A stretch of DNA of 55,674 bases, filler included, from Nitrospirae bacterium CG2_30_53_67 (GCA_001873285.1; 5 parts of 5 records of this genome joined end to end with filler, not necessarily neighbours in it), one strand, 5' to 3'. Shown: positions 17,059 to 28,361, counted from the whole stretch's first letter. Notes: generated from the sequence alone by a model not told the origin. Program-made: numbers and translations.

Positions 17059-18906
17059 TATGGGTTTCTTTCTGGCCTGATTGTGGGAAAAAACAGCTTT
17101 TTCCCGTCATCGCTGCTGAACTATTCGTCCTTCATGGATACGGTGGGCATTCCCGTCCAGGTCTTTCGCGCCGTCTGCGCTGTGATGATCGCGTACAACA
17201 TGACCCGAATTCTGAAAATATTCGACTGGGAAACCAGAGAGAGCTTACGGGAAGCCCGGGACTCCCTGGAGATCCGCATCAGGGAAAGGACGGAAGAACT
17301 CGAGGAATCCAATAAGGCGCTAAAGATGGAGATGGCCGAGCGCAGGCTGACCGAAGAAAGGGTCAAGAAATCTGAAGATTTTATCAAAAACATCCTCGAG
17401 AGCGTGGACCAGGGGTTCGTCGTGATCGACCCTGAATACAGAATCGTCACCGCGAATAAGGCCTATTGCAGACAGATGAAGCGGTCAGTGGAGGAGATGA
17501 TCGGCAGACACTGTTATGAGGTATCGCACCGTATCGACAGGCCATGCTACGAAAATGGAGAAACGTGCACGGCAAGGAGCGTCTTTGACACGGGAGAGTC
17601 TCATTCGGCCGTTCATACCCACCATGATAAAGACGGTAGACCCGTTTATGTTGAAACAGCCTCTTATCCCATGAAAGATAAGTCCGGAAGAACCGTATCG
17701 GTCATCGAAACCCTTTCCGACATCACCGAGAAAAGAAAACTTGAAGAAGAGCTCCTTCAGGCGCAGAAGATGGAATCCATCGGCCGTTTTGCCGGCGGGG
17801 TGGCCCATGATTTCAACAACATCCTGTCGGCGATTCTCGGCTACAGCGATCTGGCGCTGAGCGATCTTCCCGGAGACCACCCGCTGGCCGAGACCCTTGG
17901 AATCATCAAGGATTCCGCTGTAAAAGCGGCGGCGCTTACAGGACAGATTCTGGCCTTCAGCCGAAAGCAGGTGCTCGACAAGAAAGCGGTCAGCATGAAT
18001 ACCCTCATCGAAAACACGGCCAAGATGCTCCGCAGGATGATCGGCGAGGACATTGTGCTTGAGCTCAAACTCAAGTCCCCGATCATGAATATCACGGCTG
18101 ATCCCAACTCCATGGAACAGGTCCTGATGAACCTTGCGGTCAATGCACGGGACGCCATGCCGTCAGGGGGCCGTCTCATGATTGAGACGGAGGATGTCAT
18201 ACTGAATGAAGACGATTCAGATCGGGGAGATGGGATCAAACCGGGCGCATACGTGATGCTCTCCATAACCGATACGGGGGAAGGGATGAGTCCTGATGTC
18301 CAGAAAAAGATATTCGAGCCCTTCTTTACGACCAAGGAAAAAGGCAAAGGAACCGGCCTTGGACTGGCCATGATCTACGGCATCGTGAAACAGCATAACG
18401 GACATATTTCCGTATACAGCGAACCCGGAAATGGAACAACCTTCAAGATCTATCTGCCGGTTTCGGAGGAGGATGTCATAGAGGAAGATCCGAATCCATC
18501 GGACGAAATACCCCGCGGGAAAGAGACCATCATGATCGTGGATGATGACGCATCGGTTCGAAGGCTGGTGGTGGACATGCTTGAACCGCTGGGCTATCGG
18601 CTCTTCGGCGCCTCAAGCGGATCTGAGGCCATGCAAATCCTGAATACCTTTGCAGGGGATATTGACCTTTTGCTGACGGATGTCATCATGCCCGGTATGA
18701 ACGGTAAACAACTGGCCGATGCCTTCCGATCCATGCATCCCGGGGCCAAGGTGATCTTCATGTCGGGTTACACGGCAGAAATGATTGACCGTCACGGGGC
18801 ATTCCCCCCGGGAGTCGCACTGTTTCAAAAACCCCTGACCATGAAAAAACTGGCGAAAAAACTAAGAGAGATTCTGGATCAGGAAACCACGAAAGCAAAA
18901 CATTAA
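17059..18906 (+). CDS. Hybrid sensor kinase (PAS-HisKA-HATPase-REC), 5' truncated
   Basis: Frame open from the contig start. AQKMESIGRFAGGVAHDFNN, NLAVNARDAM, FTTKEKGKGTGLGL, LLTDVIMP, FMSGY. Confidence 0.92.
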   Translation, partial: YGFLSGLIVGKNSFFPSSLLNYSSFMDTVGIPVQVFRAVCAVMIAYNMTRILKIFDWETRESLREARDSLEIRIRERTEELEESNKALKMEMAERRLTEERVKKSEDFIKNILESVDQGFVVIDPEYRIVTANKAYCRQMKRSVEEMIGRHCYEVSHRIDRPCYENGETCTARSVFDTGESHSAVHTHHDKDGRPVYVETASYPMKDKSGRTVSVIETLSDITEKRKLEEELLQAQKMESIGRFAGGVAHDFNNILSAILGYSDLALSDLPGDHPLAETLGIIKDSAVKAAALTGQILAFSRKQVLDKKAVSMNTLIENTAKMLRRMIGEDIVLELKLKSPIMNITADPNSMEQVLMNLAVNARDAMPSGGRLMIETEDVILNEDDSDRGDGIKPGAYVMLSITDTGEGMSPDVQKKIFEPFFTTKEKGKGTGLGLAMIYGIVKQHNGHISVYSEPGNGTTFKIYLPVSEEDVIEEDPNPSDEIPRGKETIMIVDDDASVRRLVVDMLEPLGYRLFGASSGSEAMQILNTFAGDIDLLLTDVIMPGMNGKQLADAFRSMHPGAKVIFMSGYTAEMIDRHGAFPPGVALFQKPLTMKKLAKKLREILDQETTKAKH

Positions 18907-18977
18907 ACAACCTGCATCCGGCCCCATTCATTTTAACCTGAAATGATTTCGTAAAAACACAGAAGACCTCTTTTTCC

Positions 18978-19007
18978 TTGACATAAACAAATGAAATTCA
19001 GTAACAT
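18978..19007 (+). promoter_or_regulatory. Putative sigma70 promoter of the rpiB operon
   Basis: TTGACA-18 nt-TAACAT. Confidence 0.4.
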
Positions 19008-19041
19008 TACAAAGTTTTAAATGCATTAGGAATGTTTTTAC

Positions 19042-19500
19042 ATGAAAATAGCCATCGGCGCCGATCACGGCGGTTTTGAGTTGAAAAAAACCCTCCTGGA
19101 GACCCTGAGAGGACTCGGGTATCCTGTGACGGATTTCGGGTGTCACAGCACGGAGTCCGTGGACTACCCGGATTTTGCCGAAAAGGTGGCTCGGGGCGTC
19201 TCCGAAGGGCTCTTTGACCGGGGAATCCTGATCTGCGGGACCGGCATCGGGATGTCCATCGCCGCGAACAAGTTCCCGAATGTCCGGTGCGCCCTCTGCC
19301 ATAATCTCTATACGGCCCGCCTCTCCAGAGAACATAACGATGCCAACATTCTCGCCATGGGTGAACGGGTGATCGGGGCCGGGATCGCAAGAGAAATGGT
19401 CAAGATCTTCCTGGAGACGGCGTTTGAAGGGGGGAGACATATGAGACGCGTGGATAAAATCAAGGCCTTGGATAAATATTCGGAGAGATCGTGTCCTTAG
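19042..19500 (+). CDS. rpiB: Ribose-5-phosphate isomerase B
   Basis: [40 protein letters not shown]. Confidence 0.95.
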   Translation: MKIAIGADHGGFELKKTLLETLRGLGYPVTDFGCHSTESVDYPDFAEKVARGVSEGLFDRGILICGTGIGMSIAANKFPNVRCALCHNLYTARLSREHNDANILAMGERVIGAGIAREMVKIFLETAFEGGRHMRRVDKIKALDKYSERSCP

Positions 19501-20744
19501 ATTTTCTACGGGAAGCGGATCCTGAAGTGGCGGATGCCCTGCAAAACGAGGCGATCCGGGAGAATGAACAGATCGTCCTGATCGCCTCGGAGAACTATGT
19601 CAGTGAAAACGTGCTTTCCGTTCAGGGCTCGATCATGACCAACAAGTATGCCGAAGGCTATCCCGGAAAGCGGTACTACGGCGGCTGTGATTACGTGGAT
19701 CGTGTGGAAGATCTGGCCAGGGAACGAGCCAAAGAGATCTTCGGCGCCGAGCATGCGAATGTCCAGCCCCATTCGGGGACATCGGCCAACCTGGCCGTTT
19801 ATCTCACCGTATTGAAACCGGGCGACAGAATTCTCGGGATGTCGCTCGCCCACGGCGGCCACCTGAGCCACGGCGCCGCGGTCAATGTTTCCGGACAGCT
19901 TTACGAGCCCTTCACCTACGGGGTTTCCAGGGAGACGGGCCGGATCGACTACGATGAACTCAGACAGATCGCACGTTCCTTCAAGCCGAAGATGATCGTG
20001 GCCGGGGCATCGGCCTATTCCAGGACCATCGACTTTGAAAAGTTCCGAGAGATCGCAGACGAGGTCGGCGCCTACCTGATGGCGGATATCGCCCATATCG
20101 CCGGACTCATCGCCGCAGGTCTGCATCCCAACCCCGCACCCTATGCGGATTTCGTCACCAGCACCACCCATAAGACCCTGCGCGGCCCGAGGGGCGGGCT
20201 GATCCTCTGCAAAGAGCGGTATGCCAAATCCATAGACCGGATGATCTTCCCGGGACTTCAGGGCGGCCCCCTCATGCATATCATCGCCGCCAAGGCCGTG
20301 GCCTTCAAGGAGGCCATGACACCCGCCTTCAAAGAGTACCAGGCACAGATCATCCGGAATGCAAAGGCCATGGCATCGGAATTCACGGAAAAGGGATACC
20401 GGATCGTCTCAGGAGGCACGGACAACCATCTGATGCTTGTGGACTTGAGCGGCAACGGGATGACCGGAGACCGGGCGGAGAAGGTCCTCGACCGGACGGG
20501 GATCTCCCTGAATAAAAACGTGATCCCCTTCGACACGGCCCCGCCGGCGGTCACCAGCGGGATCCGGGTCGGCGCCCCCATCATCACCACCCGGGGGATG
20601 AAGGAAAATGAGGCCCGTCAAATCGTGGGATTCATCGACCGGGTCCTTAAGAACATGGATCATGAAAAAGTTTTGAAGGAGGTTCATGAGGATGTCAGAC
20701 AGCTCTGCAAGAAGTTCCCTGTCTATAGCGGCAGACTCAATTAG
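19491..20744 (+). CDS. glyA: Serine hydroxymethyltransferase
   Basis: [45 protein letters not shown]. Confidence 0.97.
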   Translation: MSLDFLREADPEVADALQNEAIRENEQIVLIASENYVSENVLSVQGSIMTNKYAEGYPGKRYYGGCDYVDRVEDLARERAKEIFGAEHANVQPHSGTSANLAVYLTVLKPGDRILGMSLAHGGHLSHGAAVNVSGQLYEPFTYGVSRETGRIDYDELRQIARSFKPKMIVAGASAYSRTIDFEKFREIADEVGAYLMADIAHIAGLIAAGLHPNPAPYADFVTSTTHKTLRGPRGGLILCKERYAKSIDRMIFPGLQGGPLMHIIAAKAVAFKEAMTPAFKEYQAQIIRNAKAMASEFTEKGYRIVSGGTDNHLMLVDLSGNGMTGDRAEKVLDRTGISLNKNVIPFDTAPPAVTSGIRVGAPIITTRGMKENEARQIVGFIDRVLKNMDHEKVLKEVHEDVRQLCKKFPVYSGRLN

Positions 20745-20775
20745 CGGTCTATCCGCCGCCGGGAGGAGCCGGATC

Positions 20776-21234
20776 ATGAAACGCCCGTCCTGGGAAGAGT
20801 ATTTTATGGACATCACCCACATGGTCAAGAGCCGCTCGACCTGCCTTCGAAGGCATATCGGGGCCGTCATCGTGAAGGATAAGAATATCCTGGCCACCGG
20901 CTATAACGGCGCGCCGTCCGGGACTCGGCACTGCCTGGATATCGGCTGCCTCAGGGAAAAAATGAACATTCCCTCCGGGGAGCGGCACGAACTCTGCAGG
21001 GCCCTGCATGCGGAACAGAACGCCATTATCCAGGCCGCGAAGCACGGGGTCAGCATCGACGGGGCCGACTTGTACTGCACAAACCTCCCCTGTCTCATCT
21101 GCTCCAAGATGATCATCAATGCAGGGATCAGGAGAATCTTTTACGAAGGGGACTACCCGGATCCTCTGTCCAGGGAAATGCTCATGGAAGCCGGAGTGGA
21201 ATTAATTCAATGTCAGGAGAGCGGCACGGAATAA
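20776..21234 (+). CDS. Cytidine/dCMP deaminase family protein
   Basis: [35 protein letters not shown]. Confidence 0.92.
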   Translation: MKRPSWEEYFMDITHMVKSRSTCLRRHIGAVIVKDKNILATGYNGAPSGTRHCLDIGCLREKMNIPSGERHELCRALHAEQNAIIQAAKHGVSIDGADLYCTNLPCLICSKMIINAGIRRIFYEGDYPDPLSREMLMEAGVELIQCQESGTE

Positions 21235-21247
21235 AATTGAGAGACGA

Positions 21248-21290
21248 AACCACAGAGTGCACAGAGCAATACTCTGTGTTCTCTGTGGTT
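21248..21290. repeat. Short palindromic REP-like element (ACCACAGAG...CTCTGTGGT)
   Basis: AACCACAGAGTGCACAGAG/CTCTGTGTTCTCTGTGGTT. Variants at ~25071 and ~30404. Confidence 0.65.
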
Positions 21291-21329
21291 AGATTTTAAC
21301 AATACGAAAACGACCCCAAGGAGGCCTCT

Positions 21330-21830
21330 ATGAAATGTCCTTTTTGCGGCCATGTGGAAGACAAGGTCGTGGACTCGAGACTGAGGCGTGAAGGGGATGC
21401 AATCCGGCGGCGGAGGGAGTGCCTTTCCTGCCGGCGGCGATTCACCACCCATGAACGGGTGGAGGACATCCTCCCCATGGTGATCAAGAAAGACAACCGG
21501 CGGGAGCCCTTCGACCGGAAAAAGATCATGGACGGCATGGTCAGGGCCTGCGAAAAACGCAGCGTGAGCATGGATACCATCGAGGCCATCGTGGACCGGA
21601 TTGAGCGGAAATTCCAGGACAGGATGGAAAAAGAGATCCGGAGTGAGGAGATCGGTGAAGAAGTCATGAGAGCGCTCCATGAAACCGATGACGTGGCCTA
21701 TGTGCGGTTTGCATCCGTCTATCGCTCGTTCAAGGACCTGAATGACTTTATGAATGAGCTGGAAGAAATCCTGAAGCTCCGGGAGCAGGGAAAAACCAAG
21801 ACCGTGGACAACAAAGAGGCCGTGCCTTGA
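21330..21830 (+). CDS. nrdR: Transcriptional repressor NrdR
   Basis: [36 protein letters not shown]. Confidence 0.96.
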   Translation: MKCPFCGHVEDKVVDSRLRREGDAIRRRRECLSCRRRFTTHERVEDILPMVIKKDNRREPFDRKKIMDGMVRACEKRSVSMDTIEAIVDRIERKFQDRMEKEIRSEEIGEEVMRALHETDDVAYVRFASVYRSFKDLNDFMNELEEILKLREQGKTKTVDNKEAVP

Positions 21831-21878
21831 ACTGGATTGGAGAGGCCTGATCCACAGGGTTGAAGAGAGAGTTCTTTC

Positions 21879-23201
21879 GTGAAAACATTAACCTTTCCTG
21901 CCGGGGGAATACACCCCCCTGAAGAAAAGCGCTATACGGAACACAAGGCTATCGAGGATGCGCCCCTTCCCCGCCGGGCCGTGGTCCCCATGCAGCAGCA
22001 TATCGGGGCCCCCTGTGTGCCCTTGGTCAAGGCCAAGGACCAGGTCCTCAAGGGACAGCGGATCGGCGAGCCCAAGGGATTTGTCTCCGCGCCGGTCCAT
22101 GCCCCTGTCTCCGGCACGGTGACCGCCGTCACCGAAATGCCGCATCCCATCGGACGGGAGGTTCTCTCCGTGGTCATCGAATCAGACGGAGAAGACCGCT
22201 GGGTCCCGGGGATCACCGAAACCACGGATTTCCTCTCCCTCACACCCGATCAGTTGAAGACCAGGATCTTCGAAGCCGGGATCGTGGGCATGGGCGGAGC
22301 CACATTCCCCACGCACGTGAAGCTCTCTCCGCCCAAGGAGAAACCCATTGACGCCGTGATCGTCAACGGCGTGGAATGCGAACCCTTTCTCACGGCCGAC
22401 CACCGGCTGATGCTCGAATATCCCGAGGAGATCCTGGGGGGATTGCGCATCCTGATGGCCGTCCTTGGAGTCAAGAAGGGGTTCATCGGAATTGAATCGA
22501 ACAAACCGGATGCGATAGAGAAATTTGAAAAGATCACGGCTTCTATTGAAGCGATCCAGGTCTGCCCCCTGAAGGTCAAGTATCCCCAGGGAGCCGAGAA
22601 ACAGTTGATCAAGGCCGTGCTCGGGAGAGAGGTCCCCTCCGGAGGTCTCCCCATGGACGTGGGTGTGGTGGTCCACAATGTGGGGACCGCAGCGGCCGTC
22701 TATAGGGCGGTCCGGTTCGGGGTTCCCATGATCGAACGGATCACTACGGTCTCCGGGCCCGGAATCAACAGCCCAAAAAATCTGCGGGTGAGGATCGGGA
22801 CCCCCTTCTCGGATATCATGGCGTTCTGCGGCGGGATCAAGGGGAAGGCCGGAAAGGTCCTTGCCGGAGGCCCCATGATGGGGATCGCGCAATATACCCT
22901 GGACGTCCCTGTCATCAAGGGGACATCCGGTATCCTGGTCTTCCGTGAAGAGGACCTCAGTCTCTCGGATTCCAACACCTGCATACGCTGCGGGAGATGC
23001 CTGGAGGCATGCCCCATGCAGATCAACCCGAGCCTCCTGGGAATCTATGTGGAGGCCGGAGAAATGAATGAGCTTGAGATCCATCACGTGCTCGACTGCA
23101 TTGAATGCGGTTGCTGCGCCTTTGTCTGTCCTGCCAGGCGGCCCTTGGTTCATCTGCTTCGCTACGGCAAGACCGAGGTTCTGGCCGGAAAGAAAAAATA
23201 G
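21879..23201 (+). CDS. rnfC: Rnf electron transport complex subunit C
   Basis: GGIHP, QHIGAP, GIVGMGGATFPTHVKL, NGVECEP, YPQGAEKQL, CIRCGRCLEACP, CIECGCCAFVCP. Confidence 0.95.
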   Translation: MKTLTFPAGGIHPPEEKRYTEHKAIEDAPLPRRAVVPMQQHIGAPCVPLVKAKDQVLKGQRIGEPKGFVSAPVHAPVSGTVTAVTEMPHPIGREVLSVVIESDGEDRWVPGITETTDFLSLTPDQLKTRIFEAGIVGMGGATFPTHVKLSPPKEKPIDAVIVNGVECEPFLTADHRLMLEYPEEILGGLRILMAVLGVKKGFIGIESNKPDAIEKFEKITASIEAIQVCPLKVKYPQGAEKQLIKAVLGREVPSGGLPMDVGVVVHNVGTAAAVYRAVRFGVPMIERITTVSGPGINSPKNLRVRIGTPFSDIMAFCGGIKGKAGKVLAGGPMMGIAQYTLDVPVIKGTSGILVFREEDLSLSDSNTCIRCGRCLEACPMQINPSLLGIYVEAGEMNELEIHHVLDCIECGCCAFVCPARRPLVHLLRYGKTEVLAGKKK

Positions 23202-23260
23202 GGGATGAAAATCGGCCTTAACCGGACAGGCCCCCAACGCGGACAGGAAAACACAAATCC

Positions 23261-24358
23261 ATGGAAGAGAACACACAAGAACCGACAAGCGGACAAGAGG
23301 CAAAAAAAACAGAAGGAAAAAAATCTGCGGATAAGGTCCCGAAAAAACCCGAGGCTCCGGCCGAGCCCATGGTCCTTGCCTCCTCTCCTCACATCACAAG
23401 CGGCGAGACCATTCCATACCTGATGACCCAGGTCATCCTGGCCCTGATCCCCGGGCTCCTCGTTGGAATTTATTTCTTCGGCATGGATGCGCTCCGGGTG
23501 CTGGCCATCACCACGGCCTCGGCTGTGGGCTTTGAGGCCCTGATCCAGCGGCTCATGAAGAAGAAAATCACGATTAGGGACCGAAGCGCCGCAGTCACCG
23601 GGATCCTCCTTGCGATGAACCTCCCGTCCGGCGCCCCGTGGTGGCTCTGCATGATCGGAAGCGCCTTCGCCATCCTGATCTGCAAGCATCTCTACGGCGG
23701 ACTCGGCTACAATCCCTTCAACCCGGCCTTGGCGGCCCGTGTCTTTCTCCTCATCTCCTGGCCTATTCAGATGACCCGATGGCCCGTTCCTCACCCTGCA
23801 TTCGAACACGCGGTTGACGCTGTGACCGGGGCCACCCCTCTGGGAAGAATGAAGGAATCTCTGCTCATGCACGGGAACCTCTCCGGCATAGCCGACATCC
23901 CATGGATGGATCCCTTCCTGGGGTACGTGGGGGGAAGCCTCGGGGAAATTTCGGCCCTGGCCTTGATCGTCGGGGGCCTTTACCTGATCGCAAGGCGCGT
24001 GATCACCTGGCACATCCCGGCCGGCTTCCTGGGCACGGTGGCCGTCACCGCCGCAATATTTCATCAGATCGACCCGGCAAGGTACGCCTCTCCGCTGTTT
24101 CATCTCGTAACCGGAGGGCTGATCCTGGGCGCCTTCTTTATGGCCACGGACCTGGTCACCAGCCCTGTGACGCGCCGGGGGATGGTGATCTTCGGCATCG
24201 GATGCGGCCTGATCACCATGATGATCCGGTACTGGGGCGGGTATCCCGAGGGGGTCTCTTTCTCCATCCTCCTCATGAATGCCGCGACCCCTCTGATCGA
24301 CCGATGGGTGAAACCGAGGATATTCGGAACCGTCCGTGGAAAAAAGGCCCGGGAATAG
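23261..24358 (+). CDS. rnfD: Rnf subunit D
   Basis: SSPH, GGLGYNPFNPA, DAVTGATPL (FMN-Thr motif), GSLGE, FMATD, YPEGVSFSILLMN. Confidence 0.95.
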   Translation: MEENTQEPTSGQEAKKTEGKKSADKVPKKPEAPAEPMVLASSPHITSGETIPYLMTQVILALIPGLLVGIYFFGMDALRVLAITTASAVGFEALIQRLMKKKITIRDRSAAVTGILLAMNLPSGAPWWLCMIGSAFAILICKHLYGGLGYNPFNPALAARVFLLISWPIQMTRWPVPHPAFEHAVDAVTGATPLGRMKESLLMHGNLSGIADIPWMDPFLGYVGGSLGEISALALIVGGLYLIARRVITWHIPAGFLGTVAVTAAIFHQIDPARYASPLFHLVTGGLILGAFFMATDLVTSPVTRRGMVIFGIGCGLITMMIRYWGGYPEGVSFSILLMNAATPLIDRWVKPRIFGTVRGKKARE

Positions 24359-24447
24359 GTCATTAAAAACGGATCATCTCCAAAAGAGCGGATGAAAACA
24401 TCAGGACTCAAATCCCGGGGTCCCGAATAAGCAAAAGGGAAGAGACG

Positions 24448-25047
24448 ATGCGCAATGAGATGTTCAAGATGGTTCTGGTTCTGACCCTTTTCTGCGTGGT
24501 GGCTGCCGGCCTTCTGGCCAAGGTCAATGACATCACCAGGGCGCCCATTGCCGAGGCCAAGGCCGAGGAGACGCGGCAGGCCCTCCGCGGTGTGCTCCCT
24601 CCCTTTGACAACAAGGTCGACGAAGAATTTGTTGAAAAGAAGATCGGCATAGACAAGAAAGGAAACGATGTCATGACAAAGGTCTATACCGCCAAACAGC
24701 AAGGAAAGATCATCGGAAGGGCCTTTGTGGTGGTAGCGCACGACGGCTATGGCGGAGATATTGAAATCATGATGGGCGTCAGCCCGGAAGGAAAGATCAC
24801 CGGTATCGAGATTCTCAGCCTGAGTGAAACCCCCGGCCTGGGCGCCAAGATTGCAAGTGTTGAGACCTGGCCAGGGAGGGGAAGCGGCCCCGGAGGACTG
24901 ATAGGCAAGTCCCTGGAAAATAACCTGAAGGTCAAAAAAGACGGCGGTGAGATCGATCAGATCACCGGGGCCACCATCTCGCCGAGGGCCGTGGTCAGCG
25001 CGGTAAAAAAAGGGCTTGAATTTCACAAACATGAGTTTCAGGGATAA
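24448..25047 (+). CDS. rnfG: Rnf subunit G
   Basis: GYGGDI, ETPGLG, DQITGATIS (FMN-Thr motif). Confidence 0.93.
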   Translation: MRNEMFKMVLVLTLFCVVAAGLLAKVNDITRAPIAEAKAEETRQALRGVLPPFDNKVDEEFVEKKIGIDKKGNDVMTKVYTAKQQGKIIGRAFVVVAHDGYGGDIEIMMGVSPEGKITGIEILSLSETPGLGAKIASVETWPGRGSGPGGLIGKSLENNLKVKKDGGEIDQITGATISPRAVVSAVKKGLEFHKHEFQG

Positions 25048-25128
25048 GCCCTGGTTCCGGCAAGAGATGAAACCACAGCTCTGTGGTTAGGTTTTTAAAA
25101 CACACCTGCTGAGGGAAAAGAGGAGACC

Positions 25129-25728
25129 ATGAAACTGATTCAGGAATTCACCAAAGGACTCTGGAAGGAAAATCCGATTCTCAGGCTGGTGCTCGGGACA
25201 TGCCCCACCCTGGCAACCACCACCAGCGCGTTGAACGGCATGGGCATGGGGCTCGCAACTCTTGCGGTGCTCATCGGTTCGAACATGGCTGTGGCCCTCT
25301 TGAGAAATTTTATTCCCAGCAAAGTACGGATCCCCGCCTTTATCGTGCTGATCGCCACCTTTGTGACCGTGGTGGACCTTCTCATGAACGCCTTCAGCCA
25401 TAACCTGCATAAGTCTCTGGGTCTCTTTATCCCTCTGATTGTGGTCAACTGCATCATCCTCGGCCGAGCGGAAGCCTTTGCGTCCAGAAACACCGTCCTC
25501 TACTCGATGATCGACGGTCTCGGCATGGGACTCGGCTTCACCCTGGCCCTGACGACCTTGGGAAGCATCCGGGAGATCCTGGGGAACGGGACCCTCTTCG
25601 GCATGGTCCTCTTCGGCAAGGGGTATCTCCCCATGATCGTGATGATCCTTCCTCCCGGCGCATTCCTCATGCTCGGCTTTATGATGGCCGCTATGAACTG
25701 GATGGAAGACCGGTTGAAGATCCGATAG
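25129..25728 (+). CDS. rnfE: Rnf subunit E
   Basis: ENP..RLVLGTCPTLA, VRIPAFIVLIA, LFIPLIVVNCIILGRAEAFA, LPPGAF. Confidence 0.95.
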   Translation: MKLIQEFTKGLWKENPILRLVLGTCPTLATTTSALNGMGMGLATLAVLIGSNMAVALLRNFIPSKVRIPAFIVLIATFVTVVDLLMNAFSHNLHKSLGLFIPLIVVNCIILGRAEAFASRNTVLYSMIDGLGMGLGFTLALTTLGSIREILGNGTLFGMVLFGKGYLPMIVMILPPGAFLMLGFMMAAMNWMEDRLKIR

Positions 25729-25767
25729 TTTGTCTTTTGCCGGAAACAATTTTTTATACGGGGGAAC

Positions 25768-28152
25768 ATGATGGCCAAATTAAGGATCCGGAAAATTTCT
25801 TACCTGCTGCTGTGGTTTTTCATCCTGACGTCGGCGGCCTGCGGCAGTCTGGAACAGAGAAGAAACAAATATCTGGAACAGGGGAAGAAGTATTACGCGG
25901 AAGAAAAATACAAGGAGGCGCTGATTGAATTCAAAAATACCGTACAGATCGATCAGAAATATGCGGAGGGATATTACCAGTTGGGACTCACCTATCTCAA
26001 GCTCCAGGATATCAACAATGCCTATGGGAGTCTGATGAAGACCGTGGAACTGGATCCGAATCACCTCAAGGCGCAGCTTGCCGTCGGAGAGATCCTGCTT
26101 CTCGCACGACAGCCCGACCAGGCCCTGGAGAAGGCTGACCTGATTCTGGGGAAAGATCCGGAAAACCAAGAGGCCCTTCAATTAAAAGGGAATTGTCTGC
26201 TGATCAAAAAAGATCTGGACGGCGCCATGGAACAGGCCAGGAAAGTCCTCGTGAAGAAGCCGGATTCTGTGGACGTCAGGATCTTTATGGCGCAGATCTA
26301 CGACATGAAAAAAGAAATTGCGGAAGCGGAAAAGGTCCTGCTCGAAGCCCTGAATATGGATAAAAAGAATATCAAGACCTATACCACCCTTGCACGGTTT
26401 TACCAGGCCCATGAGAACCCGGACAAGGCCGAAGAAGCCCTGAAGCAGGCCATGGAGATTGAACCGAAAAACAGCGGCCTGGTTCTGTCCCTTGCCGAGC
26501 TTTACCTTGTCCAAGGCAAGAAAAAAGAGGCCGAGGCCGTCCTCCTGCAGGGGACCGAACGGTTTCCGGAGACCATGGATTTCCGTGCCGGCCTGGTCAA
26601 GTACTACCTGTCCGGAGGAAACAAGGAGGAAGCCGAAGGGATCATTGCAAAACTGGTCAAAGACTATCCGCAGGATCTCCAGAAAAAGATTCTTGCAGGA
26701 GACCTCTATCTCCTCATCAACCAGCCTGACAAAGCCATGGAAACCTATCAGGCCTGCCTGAAGATCGACCCGGAGTCCCTCGAACCCAAACGGAGGCTCG
26801 CCGCACTGGCTATCGAAAAAAAGGAGCTTGACAAGGCCTCCGGATACATCAACGAAATCTTAAAGAAGAATCCCAAGGATACACAGGCCCATTACCTTAA
26901 CGCACGCCTCAGCATGGAGAAGAATGACCCCAAGGCGGCCATTGACGAATACCGGGTCGTGCTCAAGGACCAGCCGGATAACGCCGAGGTCCATGTCCTG
27001 CTCGGCCTGGCGCATCTGGCCAATAACGAGACCCTCCTTGGGGAGGAATCCATCAAGAAAGCCCTTCAGATCAATCCAGGGATGGTCAAGGCCCGCATGG
27101 CCCTGGCCGGCGTTTACCTCAAAGAAAAGAAATACCAGGAGACCAAGGACCTGATGAAGGAACTGCTGGATAAGGAGCCGAAGTTCTTCGAGGCCTACCC
27201 AGTCCTGGAAGAGGCCTGCCGGATGACCGGGGATGCGGATGGGGCGGAGGCTGCGGCCCAGAAGATGATTGATCTGAAGCCTGAACTGCCGGACGGATAT
27301 TTCAGACGCGGGTTCATCTACCAGGCGCTGAACAAGGACGACCTCGCCCTCAAGGATTACGAAAAGGCGGTTTCCATCAATCCGAACCTCGCCGACGTCA
27401 TGAAACAGATTCTCTCCGTCTATGTGAAAAAGAAGGACGTGGACGGCGCCATTGCCCGGATACAAACCCAGATCAAGCGCTCGCCCGAGAACCCGTTCTT
27501 CTACGAAGCGCTGGCGCAGGTCTACCTCCTGAAACAGGATAGTACCGCGGCTGAAAAAAACCTCAAAAAGGCTTTGGAGATCAACCCCGGCCACGTGACC
27601 GCCCTCTTGACCTTGGGGGACTTGGCCTTGCAGTCCGGCAGCCAGGACCAGGCCATGGCGTATTATAAAAACGCGGCGGAAAAGAATCCGAAGTTTACAG
27701 AGGCCCTCTTCCGTATCGCCTCGCTCCAGGAACGCAGCGGAAAATACCAGGATGCCATTCAAAGCTATGAGAAGATCCTTGAGATCAGCCCGAAGAATCC
27801 TGTTGTTTCCAACAACCTCGCGTTTCTTTATGTGGAGTATGGAAACAACATGGACCGCGCCTTGACACTGGCGCAGGACGCCATGGAGAAGAGCCCGGAG
27901 AACCCCTACATCAAGGACACCCTCGGCTGGGTCTATTATAAAAAGGGCCTTTATGACAAGGCCGTCAATCTGTTTGAAGAGAGCATCGAAAAAGCAGGCA
28001 AAGAACCGAGGATCTATTATCACCTCGGCCTGGCCCATCTGAAACAGGGGAACAAAGAGAAGTCAAAAGAGGCCTTTAAAAAGGCCCTTGATCTCGGAAC
28101 GGACTTTCCTGAAAAGAAAGAGGTTGAAAAGACGCTCAAAGAGATGGGATAG
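25768..28152 (+). CDS. Large TPR-repeat lipoprotein (PrsT-like)
   Basis: Lipobox SAAC, TPR repeats throughout, NNLA...DTLGWVYYKKG C-terminal signature. Confidence 0.85.
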   Translation: MMAKLRIRKISYLLLWFFILTSAACGSLEQRRNKYLEQGKKYYAEEKYKEALIEFKNTVQIDQKYAEGYYQLGLTYLKLQDINNAYGSLMKTVELDPNHLKAQLAVGEILLLARQPDQALEKADLILGKDPENQEALQLKGNCLLIKKDLDGAMEQARKVLVKKPDSVDVRIFMAQIYDMKKEIAEAEKVLLEALNMDKKNIKTYTTLARFYQAHENPDKAEEALKQAMEIEPKNSGLVLSLAELYLVQGKKKEAEAVLLQGTERFPETMDFRAGLVKYYLSGGNKEEAEGIIAKLVKDYPQDLQKKILAGDLYLLINQPDKAMETYQACLKIDPESLEPKRRLAALAIEKKELDKASGYINEILKKNPKDTQAHYLNARLSMEKNDPKAAIDEYRVVLKDQPDNAEVHVLLGLAHLANNETLLGEESIKKALQINPGMVKARMALAGVYLKEKKYQETKDLMKELLDKEPKFFEAYPVLEEACRMTGDADGAEAAAQKMIDLKPELPDGYFRRGFIYQALNKDDLALKDYEKAVSINPNLADVMKQILSVYVKKKDVDGAIARIQTQIKRSPENPFFYEALAQVYLLKQDSTAAEKNLKKALEINPGHVTALLTLGDLALQSGSQDQAMAYYKNAAEKNPKFTEALFRIASLQERSGKYQDAIQSYEKILEISPKNPVVSNNLAFLYVEYGNNMDRALTLAQDAMEKSPENPYIKDTLGWVYYKKGLYDKAVNLFEESIEKAGKEPRIYYHLGLAHLKQGNKEKSKEAFKKALDLGTDFPEKKEVEKTLKEMG

Positions 28153-28174
28153 CGGGATTTTGGGGAAAACAGAA

Positions 28175-28335
28175 GGGTTCGAGGGTTCAAGGATTCCAGG
28201 GGCCAAGTGAAATGCTAAAAACATAAGGGGCCGAGGGTCATAGGGGTCAAGGGTTCAAGGGTTTTTCTCTGGAGATTTTGCTTTCTTTGAAGTATTTCAC
28301 TTGACCCCTCGAACCCTGGAATCCTCGAACCCTTT
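28175..28335. repeat. Complete non-coding 8-mer-arm element (inverted arms) between convergent genes
   Basis: GGGTTCGA GGGTTCAA GGATTCCA GGGGCCAA GTGAA ... TTCAC TTGACCCC TCGAACCC TGGAATCC TCGAACCC. Confidence 0.8.
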
Positions 28336-28361
28336 TTACCTCCTCTTAACCTGAGGATATC

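Noticed and set aside
22182..25032. Long antisense ORFs over rnf and other genes (also 26860-28038, 11047-11865, 19506-20279)
   Set aside because: These are shadow ORFs of GC-rich coding strands with no recognisable motifs.
28175..28335. Possible CRISPR array from the short repeated units
   Set aside because: The units are 8-nt tandem repeats without unique spacers, and there are no cas genes in the window.
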